A stretch of 32,000 nucleotides of DNA from Phycisphaera mikurensis NBRC 102666 (lineage in GTDB: Bacteria > Planctomycetota > Phycisphaerae > Phycisphaerales > Phycisphaeraceae). A program made the position numbers and the translations under genes. The notes under the pieces are model-generated. The model had not been told where the DNA came from. It ran no database searches and saw nothing but the letters and a program-made list of their open reading frames with translations. This document shows positions 19,225 through 28,238 of the stretch, one piece after another (the first letter of the stretch is position 1; each line of letters opens with the position of its first letter). The stretch lies in assembly GCF_000284115.1 (NCBI RefSeq), contig NC_017080.1, positions 120,001 through 152,000 of the forward strand. Direction: 5' to 3'.

Positions 19225-19710
19225 ATGCTGGTCGGAAGCCTGAAGCCGGGGGATCACCGGGTCGCGATCGTCGCCGCGCGTTTCAACGATCTGATCGTGG
19301 ATCACATGCTCTCGGCGGCCCGGGAGGCGTGGGCGCAGCTCGGCGGCGATCCGGAGAAGCTGGTGGTCGCCCGGGTTCCCGGCTCGTTCGAGCTGCCGGT
19401 GGCGGCGCGGAAGCTCGCCGAGGCCGGAGACGCGGGCGGCGGCTTCGCCGCGGTCGTCTGCCTGGGCTGCGTGATCCGCGGCGAGACCGATCACTACGAC
19501 CACGTGGTGGAGCAGACGGCGCGGGGCATCAAGGACGTCAACGTGCAGACGGGCGTGCCGTGCGTGTTCGGCGTGCTCACCTGCGACACCCTGGAGCAGG
19601 CCCTGCACCGCGCCGGCGTGAAGCTCGGCAACGCCGGGCGCAACGCGGTGCACGTGGCGGTGGAGATGGCGAATCTGATGGTTTCGATCGATGCGAATGC
19701 GGAGCTCTGA
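19225..19710 (+). CDS. ribH: 6,7-dimethyl-8-ribityllumazine synthase
   Basis: 161 aa with an ATG start. Motifs: RVAIVAARFNDLIVDHML, VARVPGSFELPVAARKLAE, AVVCLGCVIRGETDHYDHV, VPCVFGVLTCDTLEQALHRAG and GNAGRNAVHVAVEMANL. Confidence 0.93.
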   Translation: MLVGSLKPGDHRVAIVAARFNDLIVDHMLSAAREAWAQLGGDPEKLVVARVPGSFELPVAARKLAEAGDAGGGFAAVVCLGCVIRGETDHYDHVVEQTARGIKDVNVQTGVPCVFGVLTCDTLEQALHRAGVKLGNAGRNAVHVAVEMANLMVSIDANAEL

Positions 19711-19804
19711 GGGCTTCGGCCTCCGCGAAGCGCATCGATGCGACCGCCGGGCGAGGGCGCCTTATTCCAACGGGGGATGGAGCTTTAGGGAGGAGCTCCC
19801 AGGC

Positions 19805-19832
19805 GAAACGCCGGGCCACGAATCGGCGTTTC
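19805..19832. other. perfect 9-bp-stem hairpin in the ribH-downstream intergenic region
   Basis: GAAACGCCG (19805-19813), a 10-nt loop, then CGGCGTTTC (19824-19832). Lies 95 nt after the ribH stop and 53 nt before the next ORF. Could be a terminator or a 5'-UTR element. Confidence 0.35.
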
Positions 19833-19884
19833 CCGGTGCACTTCGGAGCGTCGCCCCGCTCCACGAACCCGAGACCGTTCCCCC

Positions 19885-21105
19885 GTGCCGCACGCCATGA
19901 TCCACCCCCCGCACGCCTTCCTCGCTCAGGCCGCCGACGCCGGCGCAGCGTCCTGGTTCGCCTGGGCCGCCGACCAGGCGCTGGCGCTGACGATCCTGGT
20001 CATCTTCGGGGGGGCGATCCTCTCCGCGGTGCTCACGCAGTGGCGGCGCGACAAGTGCCTGAAGCTGCTGCGCGGCGATCACGCGACGGTCGTGCGGCTC
20101 GACGGCGGCGTCCTCTGGGGTGACCTGATCGTCTACCCCAAGGCCCTGGAGCTCACCTTCGACGCGCCCTTCGTCACGACGCGCGGGCTCGTCAAGAGCG
20201 GGGTGATGCTGCCTGAGGCGGACGTCGCCGGCGTGCACCTCGTCGCCCGCTCCGCCGCCGGTCTCACCCCCGCCGAGCAGCGGCACCGCGAGTCGCAGAT
20301 CCGGCGGACCTTCCGGCCCGGCCTGCTGCGTCGCTGGCTGCGGACCGGGCGGAACCTGCTCAACACGCTCCGCGACGCCTTCGGGAAGGCGCTCTCGGCG
20401 ATCCTCTCGGCGGTCACGCGCAACCCGCGGGCCGCGGCGCTGGCGGACCAGAAGGCGGGGGTGGAGGGCATCGGGCAGCAGCTCATCGGGGCCGCGGGCA
20501 ACGCCTACGACCCGCTGCTGGAGGCGCACGTCGGGCGGCCGGTCGTCGTGAAGCTTCGCTGCCCGGGTCTCTCCAAGCCCGAGGCGCCGGTGGCGGTCGA
20601 CGTGCCCGGGTACCTGGTCGACTACTCCGACGCGTGGATCGCCGTGTTCAACGTCGACCACACGCCGCTGGAGGCTCTGACGCTGGAGGCGACCGCTGGC
20701 CAGCCCGCCGACGCGGACCCGCGGGTGAGCGTGACGAAGTCGCCCGCGGGTCGCCTGGGCGTGCGCAACCCGGGCCCGGCCTTCGTGCTGGTCCGCAGCG
20801 TCGACGGCGAAGGGGATCCCGCCGGGGCCGGCGGCGACGCGGCCGACCTCGACGCCGTGGTGCCGCCGGGGGCCACGCTCTGGCTCGGCGTCGATCCCGC
20901 GGGGAGCACCCGCGTGCGGCTGGAGCTGACCGAGCGCCTGGACCTGGTCATCCCGCGCGGGCAGGTCGTCGTGCGCCACGCCGGCGACCGCGTCGAGGAT
21001 CCACGCCGCGGCCGGCCGGCGCGTGCCCGGGGGCTCGCCCCGCGCGACGCGGGGGCGGGGGGCCACGAGCCGCCGGGACAACCCACGCCCGCTACCGCCG
21101 GCTGA
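19885..21105 (+). CDS. hypothetical membrane-anchored protein
   Basis: 406 aa from the GTG at 19885, or from the ATG at 19897 (MIHPPHAF). One N-terminal TM helix (ALALTILVIFGGAILSAVL), followed by a non-repetitive domain with normal amino-acid composition (KCLKLLRGDHATVVRLDGGVLWGDLIVYPKALELTF...YLVDYSDAWIAVFNVDH). No family recognised. The Arg/Pro-rich C-terminus overlaps the convergent gene by 14 nt. Confidence 0.55.
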   Translation: MPHAMIHPPHAFLAQAADAGAASWFAWAADQALALTILVIFGGAILSAVLTQWRRDKCLKLLRGDHATVVRLDGGVLWGDLIVYPKALELTFDAPFVTTRGLVKSGVMLPEADVAGVHLVARSAAGLTPAEQRHRESQIRRTFRPGLLRRWLRTGRNLLNTLRDAFGKALSAILSAVTRNPRAAALADQKAGVEGIGQQLIGAAGNAYDPLLEAHVGRPVVVKLRCPGLSKPEAPVAVDVPGYLVDYSDAWIAVFNVDHTPLEALTLEATAGQPADADPRVSVTKSPAGRLGVRNPGPAFVLVRSVDGEGDPAGAGGDAADLDAVVPPGATLWLGVDPAGSTRVRLELTERLDLVIPRGQVVVRHAGDRVEDPRRGRPARARGLAPRDAGAGGHEPPGQPTPATAG

Positions 21106-23143
21106 GCAGCGCCGCCACCCGCCGCACCTCGGCGACGCTCCAGGCCTGCGCCGGGCAGCCGCGCGGCACCCACCGGCCGCCGGCGTCGGGCTCCGCGTCG
21201 AAGTTCTCGGGCAGCTGCCCGAGGCAGGCGGCGTCGCTGGCGCCCGCGTAGGCCCGCAGGGGCGCCACCGCGGCCGCCGCCTTCGCCCGCGCCGCCGCGG
21301 AGAACCCGCCCGCCCGCAGCACCGCCTCCGCGTACGGGCCGATGAGCCAGGGCCAGATGGTCCCGCGGTGGTACGCCCCGTCGCGCTCGTGCGGCGCGCC
21401 GGCCATGCGGGGGTGGTACGCGGGGTCCGACGGCGGCAGCGTCCGCAGGCCCACCGGCGTCACGAGCCCGCCCGCCTCGGCGGCGGCGACCACCGCCGAA
21501 CGCTGCGCCGCGGACAGCGGGCTCCGCTCGAGCGCGGCCGCGATGAGCATGTTCGGCCGCAGCGTCGCGTCGGCCTCCCCCGCCGCGGAGACGCGGTCGA
21601 CGAGCCGGCCGAGGCCGTCGCTCCAGAAGGTCGCGAGGAACGACGCCGCCGCGTGCTGTGCCGCCGCGGCGTAGCGCTCGCCGCCGGGCAGCACCGCCGC
21701 CGCGCCGGCGAGGTTGCTCACCCACAGGGCGTTCACCTCCACCGGCTTGCCGCCGCGCGGCGTGAACACCTCGCCCCCGGGGTGGGCCGGCGTGGGGCAC
21801 GCGGCGTCCATCCACGTCAGCTGCGTGTCCGCGCCGCCCGCGACGATCAGGCCGTCCCCGCCGACCTCCACCGCGATGGCCTCGCCGCGGTGCCCGTCGG
21901 CGACGGTGCCCGCCAGGTGCGCGTCGAGCACGGCGACGACGGCCCGCTCCCACCACGGCGGCAGGCAGGCGGCGCCGGCCGCGGTCGCGGCCTCGGCCCA
22001 GGCCAGCGCGGCGTGGACGAACCACATGGAGCCGTCGAGGGTGTTGTACTCCGCCGCGTCGCCGCCGGCGTCCGAGAAGCGGTTGGGCACCAGCCCGCCC
22101 CGCAGCGCCCCCGCGAAGGCCCGCAGCACGCCCGCGGCCTCGCCCAGGCGGCGGTCGACGAGCAGCAAACCCGGCAGCGCGATGAAGGCGTCCCGCCCCC
22201 AGTCCGCGAACCAGGGGTAGCCCGCGAGCACCGTCGTCAGCGTCTCGGCGCCGACCCGCCGGGCGGCCAGGAAGTCCGCCGCGGCCGGGGCGAGCGGGTC
22301 GCCGCTGACCCCGACGCCGGGGCGGGGGCGGGGCGGGGCGTCGTCGGCGGGCGTCCGGCGCAGGCGGAGCACGCGCGGACCGAGCAGGTCGGCCTCGAAG
22401 CTGCCGGGCACGAACAGGTCTTCGGCGTCCGCCTGCCCGCGCTCCGCGTCGGCCGCGAGGCGGACCCCGCGCCACCAGTCGCTGTCCCGTCGGAAGCGGC
22501 CCGTCGGCAGCGACAGCGTTGCCTCCGCCGGCCCGGCGGGCAGGTCGCCGCCGAGGCGGACGAGCCGGGCGCCGTCCTCGCAGGCGCAGTGGATCGCCGC
22601 GCCGCCCTCGCCGGTGAGCGCGTGGTGGTCGCGCCAGGCGATCAGCGGCGCGACGCGCAGGTGCCAGCCCGAGGGTTCGGTGCCGGTGAGCTCGAACGCG
22701 ACGTCGGCCCCCTCGGCGCCGCGGTCGAGGGTGAGCGTCCGCCTCAGGCGGGCGCCGCCGGCGAGGGCGAAGGTCCAGCGCACGGCGGCCGGCGCCCGCT
22801 CGAAACGGACCAGCCGCTCCCAGCCCGCGGGCGCGAGCACGCGTTCCCCCGCGTGGTCCGCGAAGGCCAGCGTCGACAGCTCGAAGACCTCACCCGCCGG
22901 GCTCGTCACCGCGTCGAGCGTGTCCGCGAGCAGCAGGGCCCGGGCCAGCGGCGGGTCCAGCGCGAGCACCCGCAGGCCGTGGTAGCGGCGCGTGCGGCAG
23001 CCCGAGGCGGTGCCCATGGCGTAACCGCCCCGGCCGTCGGTCAGCAGCCACTCGGGGCCGGGGAAGGCGATCGCCCCCGCGCCGGCGGCGAAAAGCGGCT
23101 CGCCGCCGCGTTCGAGCGTGTGGGTCCACCCGGGCTCAACCAC
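21092..23143 (-). CDS. glycogen debranching enzyme, archaeal-type (amylo-alpha-1,6-glucosidase family)
   Basis: 683 aa with a GTG start at 23143. N-terminal GRGGYAMGTASGCRTRRYHGL. Catalytic (alpha/alpha)6 region LAGYPWFADWGRDAFIALPGLLL...GLVPNRFSD...EYNTLDGSMWFVHA and RGTIWPWLIGPYAEA. Confidence 0.88.
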   Translation of the reverse strand: MVEPGWTHTLERGGEPLFAAGAGAIAFPGPEWLLTDGRGGYAMGTASGCRTRRYHGLRVLALDPPLARALLLADTLDAVTSPAGEVFELSTLAFADHAGERVLAPAGWERLVRFERAPAAVRWTFALAGGARLRRTLTLDRGAEGADVAFELTGTEPSGWHLRVAPLIAWRDHHALTGEGGAAIHCACEDGARLVRLGGDLPAGPAEATLSLPTGRFRRDSDWWRGVRLAADAERGQADAEDLFVPGSFEADLLGPRVLRLRRTPADDAPPRPRPGVGVSGDPLAPAAADFLAARRVGAETLTTVLAGYPWFADWGRDAFIALPGLLLVDRRLGEAAGVLRAFAGALRGGLVPNRFSDAGGDAAEYNTLDGSMWFVHAALAWAEAATAAGAACLPPWWERAVVAVLDAHLAGTVADGHRGEAIAVEVGGDGLIVAGGADTQLTWMDAACPTPAHPGGEVFTPRGGKPVEVNALWVSNLAGAAAVLPGGERYAAAAQHAAASFLATFWSDGLGRLVDRVSAAGEADATLRPNMLIAAALERSPLSAAQRSAVVAAAEAGGLVTPVGLRTLPPSDPAYHPRMAGAPHERDGAYHRGTIWPWLIGPYAEAVLRAGGFSAAARAKAAAAVAPLRAYAGASDAACLGQLPENFDAEPDAGGRWVPRGCPAQAWSVAEVRRVAALLSRR

Positions 23144-23936
23144 CCTCGGGTCCCGCCGGGTCGGCTTGGGATCCCATCGGCAGGCCCGCCCGCTGCCGCG
23201 CCGCCTCGAAGGCCACCACCGACGCGGCCGCCACGGTGCCCAGCGCAGCCGGGAAGGGCCGGGCGTACGGCACGGCCACGACCGCGTCGACGGTCTGCAG
23301 GAACGACCTCCGCAGCCCCCGCCGCTCGCCGCCGATCACCAGCAGCAGCGGCCCGGTGAGGTCCGCTTCGTGCGGCGCCACCGCGTCCGCCACGCCCGCC
23401 GCCGCCGCCACCCGCAGGCCCGCGGCCCGCGCAGCGTCGCGGGCCTCGTCCGGGCCGGCCGCCACCGAGATCCCGATCCGCTCGGTCGCGCCGGCCGAGG
23501 CCCGGGCCACCACCGCCGCCGCCGAGGTCCAGTTGCGGGGTCGCACCACCACGCCCGCCGCCCCCGCCGCGTACAGGCTGCGCACCGACTGCCCGAAGTT
23601 GAAGGGGTCCTCCACGCCGTCGAGCATCGCCAGGAAGCCCGCGCCCGGCGCCGCCGCCGCGGCGAGTGCCTCATCGAGCGGCGTCCAGAGCCGGTCGCCG
23701 ACCTCCGCGATCACGCCGCCGTGCGTGCCGCCTTGGGCGTGCGCGTCGAGCGCCGCCCGCGACGCCGGCGTCCACCGCACGCCCTGCGCCCGCGCGAGCT
23801 TTCTGATCCGCCGCGCCGGCCCATCGTCCCGCTCGCGGTCGAGCCAGACGCGGTGGACCTCGCGGCGCCCGCCCGCCAGCGCCGCCTCGGCGGAGATTGC
23901 CCCTTCGAGCAGCGTGTTCCGGGGATCGACTTCCAC
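23136..23936 (-). CDS. SpoU/TrmH-family RNA 2'-O-methyltransferase (RlmB-like)
   Basis: 266 aa with a GTG start at 23936. THGGVIAEV, LDGVEDPFNFGQSVRSLYAAGAAGVVV, LLLVIGGERRGLRRSFLQTVDAVVAVPY. Its stop overlaps the start of the debranching-enzyme gene by 8 nt. Confidence 0.85.
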   Translation of the reverse strand: MEVDPRNTLLEGAISAEAALAGGRREVHRVWLDRERDDGPARRIRKLARAQGVRWTPASRAALDAHAQGGTHGGVIAEVGDRLWTPLDEALAAAAAPGAGFLAMLDGVEDPFNFGQSVRSLYAAGAAGVVVRPRNWTSAAAVVARASAGATERIGISVAAGPDEARDAARAAGLRVAAAAGVADAVAPHEADLTGPLLLVIGGERRGLRRSFLQTVDAVVAVPYARPFPAALGTVAAASVVAFEAARQRAGLPMGSQADPAGPEGG

Positions 23937-24079
23937 GGGCGGACGGTACAGACGCGGATCCGGTCCTCATGCCCCGGACGCCGGCATCCGGCCGCGGCCG
24001 CGGCGCGGCGTGGAGGGCCCACGCGGGCCGCGCCGCGTACAACCTCCCGCCCGGCGCGTCGTCCGGGCGCGCGACCGCC

Positions 24080-26068
24080 GTGACCCTGCTCTCCCCCTTC
24101 GCCGCGCTGCTGGCCGCCGCACTCGCGGTGCCGGCGCTGCTCGCGCTGTACTTCCTCAAGCTGCGCCGGCGGCCGCTGCTCGTCCCCTCGACGCTGCTGT
24201 GGCGCAAGGCGGTGGAGGACCTGGAGGTCAACGCACCGTTCCAGAAGCTGCGGAACAGCCTGCTGCTGTGGCTGCAGCTGCTGCTGCTGGCGCTGCTGAT
24301 CTTCGCGATGGCGCAGCCGGCGAGCGACGCGCCGGCGCCCACGGGCGCCCGCGTGGTGATCCTCATCGACCGCTCGGCGTCGATGGCGGTGGAGGAGGGC
24401 GGCCGGACGCGGCTGGACGCGGCGAAGGCGGCGGCGATCGGCGTGATCGACGCGATGGAGGCGGGCGCGTCGGCGATGATCATCGCCTTCGCCGACGAAC
24501 CGGAGGTCGTGCAGCCCTTCGCCGCGGACCGCGGGCGGTTGCGGTCCGCGGTGGCCTCGGTCCGCGGCAGCGACCGGCCGGGGCGGCCGGGGCGGGCCCT
24601 CGCCCTGGTGGGAGCGCAGGCGGGCGGCGTCGAGGGAGCCGACGCCGCGAGCGTGTACGTGATCGGCGACAGCCCGGCGGGGGGTGCCGACGCGGCCGCC
24701 ACGCCGCCGCCGGCGGGCGCGTCGCTGCGCTTCCTCGCCATCGGGGCCGACACGCCGAACCTCGGCTTCACCGCGATCGGGGCCCGCCGCGGGCTCCGGG
24801 AGCCGGGGCGGGTCGAGCTGTTCGCCCGCCTCGAGAACGCGAGCCCGGGCCCGGTGGAGGCGGGCGTGACGCTCGACGCCGGGGGGGAGCGGGTGACGAC
24901 GCGGCGCGTGTCGGTGCCGGGCCGCGGCGGCGACGGGGCCCCCGGCCGGCGCGACCTCAGCCTCGGCTTCACGGCCTCGCCCTCGGAGGCCGTCGCGGTG
25001 ACCGTCGCCCACGACCGGGCCGACGCGCTGCACGCCGACGACGCGGCCCGGCTGGTGCTGCCCGCCGCCGCGGATCGGCCGGTGGTGCTGGTGACCCCCG
25101 CCCCGGGATCGGGCCGGCCGGCCAATCCGTTCCTGGAGCGGGCGGTCCGCGCCGCCAGCCGCGGGCCGGTCTCGCTGCTGAGCCCCGAGGCCTGGGAGGC
25201 CTCGGCCCCGGCGCCGCCGGCCGACGCTCTGCTCGTCTTCGACCGCCACGCGCCCTCGCGGATCCCGCCGGCCGACGCGCTGTTCTTCGCGGCCGTCCCG
25301 CCGTTGCCGGGCCTGGGCTTGCGGCCGTCGTCCCCCGACGCCCCCGCCGTGCAGACCTTCCTGACCGTCGACGCCGCCGACCCGGCGATGCGCAGCGTCG
25401 ACCCCGGCGGCGTCCCGCTCGTGCGGCCCGGCCGGCTCGTGCTGCCGCCGGGCGGCGAGGTGCTCGCGTCCGGGCTGGAGGGCCCGCTGATCGCGCGGGT
25501 GCGCGATGCCGACGCCGGCCGACGGTTCCTGGTCGTCGCGCCCGACCCGCTGCAGGGCCGCTGGCCGCTGTCGGTCGGCTTCGCCGTGTTCCTCGTGAAT
25601 GCGCTCGACGAACTCGGCGGCGGCGGCGGCGTGCCCGGCGAGGGGCTGGCCCGGCGTACCGGCGAGTCGGCGGAGGTGCGGCTGGCCCCCGGAGCCACGG
25701 CCGAGGAGGTCCGCTACGCGGGTCCCGCCGCCCTCGCCGCCCCCGTGCGCGGGGGCACCGCGGTGCTGCCGGCCTTCGAGCGGGCCGGCTGGTACCGGGC
25801 CGAGGACGCCGGGGCCGTTGCCCCCGACGACCGCCGCCTGGGCGTCAGCCTCGCGGCCGCGACCGAGACGGACCTGCGTCCGCCGGCCGCCCTGGACGCC
25901 GGCCCGGGCACCGCCGCCCGCGCCACGCCCGGCGGCGCCGCCACGGTCCGCCGCTCGTGGATCCCTTGGATCCTGGCGGCCGCGCTGGGCGTGCTGCTGC
26001 TGGAGTGGTTCGTCTACACCGGCCGCTTCGCGCCCGCCCCGGCGACGCCGCCGCCGCCGCGAGTCTGA
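24080..26068 (+). CDS. BatA-like VWA-domain protein with N-terminal double-TM anchor
   Basis: The GTG at 24080 gives 662 aa, taken from within the 723-aa tracked ORF. The N-terminal pattern LLSPFAALLAAALAVPALLALYFLKLRRRPLLVPSTLLW plus a second TM helix matches the BatA N-terminal domain. VWA MIDAS motif VVILIDRSASM. C-terminal TM helix WIPWILAAALGVLLLEWFVY. Confidence 0.8.
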   Translation: MTLLSPFAALLAAALAVPALLALYFLKLRRRPLLVPSTLLWRKAVEDLEVNAPFQKLRNSLLLWLQLLLLALLIFAMAQPASDAPAPTGARVVILIDRSASMAVEEGGRTRLDAAKAAAIGVIDAMEAGASAMIIAFADEPEVVQPFAADRGRLRSAVASVRGSDRPGRPGRALALVGAQAGGVEGADAASVYVIGDSPAGGADAAATPPPAGASLRFLAIGADTPNLGFTAIGARRGLREPGRVELFARLENASPGPVEAGVTLDAGGERVTTRRVSVPGRGGDGAPGRRDLSLGFTASPSEAVAVTVAHDRADALHADDAARLVLPAAADRPVVLVTPAPGSGRPANPFLERAVRAASRGPVSLLSPEAWEASAPAPPADALLVFDRHAPSRIPPADALFFAAVPPLPGLGLRPSSPDAPAVQTFLTVDAADPAMRSVDPGGVPLVRPGRLVLPPGGEVLASGLEGPLIARVRDADAGRRFLVVAPDPLQGRWPLSVGFAVFLVNALDELGGGGGVPGEGLARRTGESAEVRLAPGATAEEVRYAGPAALAAPVRGGTAVLPAFERAGWYRAEDAGAVAPDDRRLGVSLAAATETDLRPPAALDAGPGTAARATPGGAATVRRSWIPWILAAALGVLLLEWFVYTGRFAPAPATPPPPRV

Positions 26069-26166
26069 GCCCCGAGCCGCCGCGCCGCGCGGGCGTTCCC
26101 GGTGCCTGCGGTGCCGCGTCGGGCGCGTCCGCGGCCGCCGCCCGGCGCCCGGTACGCTCGCCCGCG

Positions 26167-27264
26167 ATGGCGAAGCAGCGTGACGACGAGCCGATGACCT
26201 ACGCCGCCTCGGGCGTGGACATCGACGCGGGGGACCGGGCGGCCGAGCGGATCCGCCACCACCTCAAGCGGACCTACGGCCCGCGGGTCATGGGCCAGGA
26301 GGGCGCCTTCGCGGGGATGCTCCGGCTGGATTACAACGAGAAGCTCTTCAGCCGCAACTACAAGGACCCTGTCCTGGTCGCCTGCACCGACGGCGTGGGC
26401 ACGAAGGTGAAGCTGGCGATCCGGCTGGGCAAGCACGACACCATCGGACGCGACTGCGTGGCGATGAACGTCAACGACCTCATCGTGCAGGGGGCCGAGC
26501 CGCTGCTCTTCCTCGACTACGTGGGGCTCCACGAGGTGACGCCGGCCTTCCTCGAGCGGGTCGTCCGGGGCGTGGCCGACGGCTGTGCCGAAGCCGGGTG
26601 CGCGCTGCTCGGCGGCGAGACCGCCGAGATGCCCGACGTCTACGCCGAGGACGATTACGACCTCGCGGGCTTCGCCGTGGGCGTCGTGGAGCTCTCGCGG
26701 GCGATCAAGGGCACCGACCGCGTCGCCCCCGGCGACGTCGTGCTGGGGCTGGCGAGCAGCGGGATCCACGCCAACGGGTTCTCGCTGGTCCGGGCGATCG
26801 TCGACCGCGCAGGCCTCGACCTCCGGCGGGTCTACGACGGCTACGCCGGCGACCCGGTCGCCGGCGGTCGCCCGTTGGGCGAGGCCCTGCTGGAGCCGAC
26901 CCGCATCTACGCCAAGCCCATCGTCTCGCTGCTGCGTAGCTACAGCCGCAAGCGGCCGGTCGTCGGCATGGCGCACATCACCGGCGGCGGGCTGCCGGGG
27001 AACCTCAACCGCGCCCTGCCCGAGGACTGCGACGCCGCGCTCGACCGCTCGTCCTGGCGGGTGCCCGATCTCTTCGGCTTCCTCCAGGAGCACGGCCGGG
27101 TGGAGACCGAGGAGATGTTCCGCGTGTTCAACATGGGCGTCGGCTACACGCTCATCGTCCGTCCGCACTTCGCCGAGGGCGTGGCCGATCGGCTGCGCAG
27201 AAGCGGCGAGACGGTCTACGAACTCGGCGAGATCGTGCGGGGCAAGGGCGAGGTCCGGCTGTAG
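26167..27264 (+). CDS. purM: phosphoribosylformylglycinamidine cyclo-ligase (AIR synthetase)
   Basis: The ATG at 26167 gives 365 aa, the last part of the 1342-aa tracked ORF. Motifs: YAASGVDIDAGD, LVACTDGVGTKVKLAI, GRDCVAMNVNDLIVQGAEPLLFLDY, GCALLGGETAEMP, SSGIHANGFSLVR, AHITGGG and FNMGVGY. Confidence 0.93.
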   Translation: MAKQRDDEPMTYAASGVDIDAGDRAAERIRHHLKRTYGPRVMGQEGAFAGMLRLDYNEKLFSRNYKDPVLVACTDGVGTKVKLAIRLGKHDTIGRDCVAMNVNDLIVQGAEPLLFLDYVGLHEVTPAFLERVVRGVADGCAEAGCALLGGETAEMPDVYAEDDYDLAGFAVGVVELSRAIKGTDRVAPGDVVLGLASSGIHANGFSLVRAIVDRAGLDLRRVYDGYAGDPVAGGRPLGEALLEPTRIYAKPIVSLLRSYSRKRPVVGMAHITGGGLPGNLNRALPEDCDAALDRSSWRVPDLFGFLQEHGRVETEEMFRVFNMGVGYTLIVRPHFAEGVADRLRRSGETVYELGEIVRGKGEVRL

Positions 27265-27299
27265 CGCCGCGGCGCGGGGGCCGCCCGTACGTTGCGCAG

Positions 27300-28223
27300 A
27301 TGAGCGAAGCCCGCCGCCTGTTCGCTGAAGCCGTGGCCTGGGGCGGCCTGGACGCCGACGCCCTCGAGCGGCTGCTCCGCGACGACCTCGCCGTGGACCT
27401 CGAGCCCGCCGGCGTCGACGTGACGGCCGCCTGCTTCCCCGGGATCGCCGGCCCGGCGGAGGTCGCGCTGGTGGCGCGCGAGCCCGGCCGCCTCGCCGGG
27501 CTCGACCTCGTCGCGCCGCTGCTGGAGGCGCCCGAGGCCGCGGGCGTGGCTTGCGCCTTCCACCGCCGCGACGGCGACGCGGTGGCGGCCGGCGAAACGC
27601 TCGCCGTCTTCACCGGCCCGCGGCCGGCGGTGCTCACGATCGAGCGGACGCTGCTGAACCTCGTGGGCCACCTCGCCGGCGTGGCGACCGCGGCGGCCAC
27701 GCTCGTGGACGCGGTGCGGGCGGCGGGCTCGGACGCGGCCGTGCTGGACACCCGCAAGACGCTGCCGGGCCTGCGGAAGCTGCAGAAGTACGCCCACCGC
27801 CGCGGCGGCGGCACCGCCCACCGCACCGGCCTCGGCGACGCCGTGCTCGTCAAGGACAACCACCTCGCGGGCGTGCCGCTGGGCGAGCTGGCCGCGACAC
27901 TCGCGGCGGCGGCGTCCGCGGCGCGTTCCCGCTTCCCGGGTTTGCGCTTCGTGGAGGTCGAGGTCGACACGCTCGACCAGCTCCGCGAGGTCCTCAAGGC
28001 GCCCGTCGACTTCGTGCTGCTCGACAACTTCGACGCCGGCTGGCTGGCGGAGGCGGTGGCGATGCGGGACGCGGCGGCGCCGGGCGTCAGGCTCGAGGCC
28101 AGCGGCGGCGTCACTCTGGAGACCGTCGGCTCGCTGGCGGTGCCCGGCATCGACCGGGTCTCGGTGGGGGCCATCACGCACTCCGCCCGCAGCCTCGACC
28201 TCGGCTTCGACGACGCCGGCTGA
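27300..28223 (+). CDS. nadC: nicotinate-nucleotide diphosphorylase (carboxylating)
   Basis: 307 aa with an ATG start. Motifs: ERTLLNLVGHLAGVAT, VLDTRKTLPGLRKLQKYAHRRGGGTAHRTGLGDAVLVKDNH, EVEVDTLDQL, VLLDNF and LEASGGVTLETV...GIDRVSVGAITHSA. Confidence 0.92.
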   Translation: MSEARRLFAEAVAWGGLDADALERLLRDDLAVDLEPAGVDVTAACFPGIAGPAEVALVAREPGRLAGLDLVAPLLEAPEAAGVACAFHRRDGDAVAAGETLAVFTGPRPAVLTIERTLLNLVGHLAGVATAAATLVDAVRAAGSDAAVLDTRKTLPGLRKLQKYAHRRGGGTAHRTGLGDAVLVKDNHLAGVPLGELAATLAAAASAARSRFPGLRFVEVEVDTLDQLREVLKAPVDFVLLDNFDAGWLAEAVAMRDAAAPGVRLEASGGVTLETVGSLAVPGIDRVSVGAITHSARSLDLGFDDAG

Positions 28224-28238
28224 TCGGCGCCGGCCGCC

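Noticed and set aside
22317-22341. G-run tract GGGGCGGGGGCGGGGCGGGGCG as a second regulatory G4
   Set aside because: It lies inside the debranching-enzyme CDS, where it encodes a Pro/Arg-rich linker on the minus strand. It is best explained by codon composition and has no intergenic context.
23236-26166. 1342-aa tracked ORF as a giant PurM fusion protein
   Set aside because: Only the last 365 codons (from ATG 26167) look like PurM. The upstream part overlaps the SpoU gene (antisense) and the BatA-like gene (another frame) and is low-complexity.
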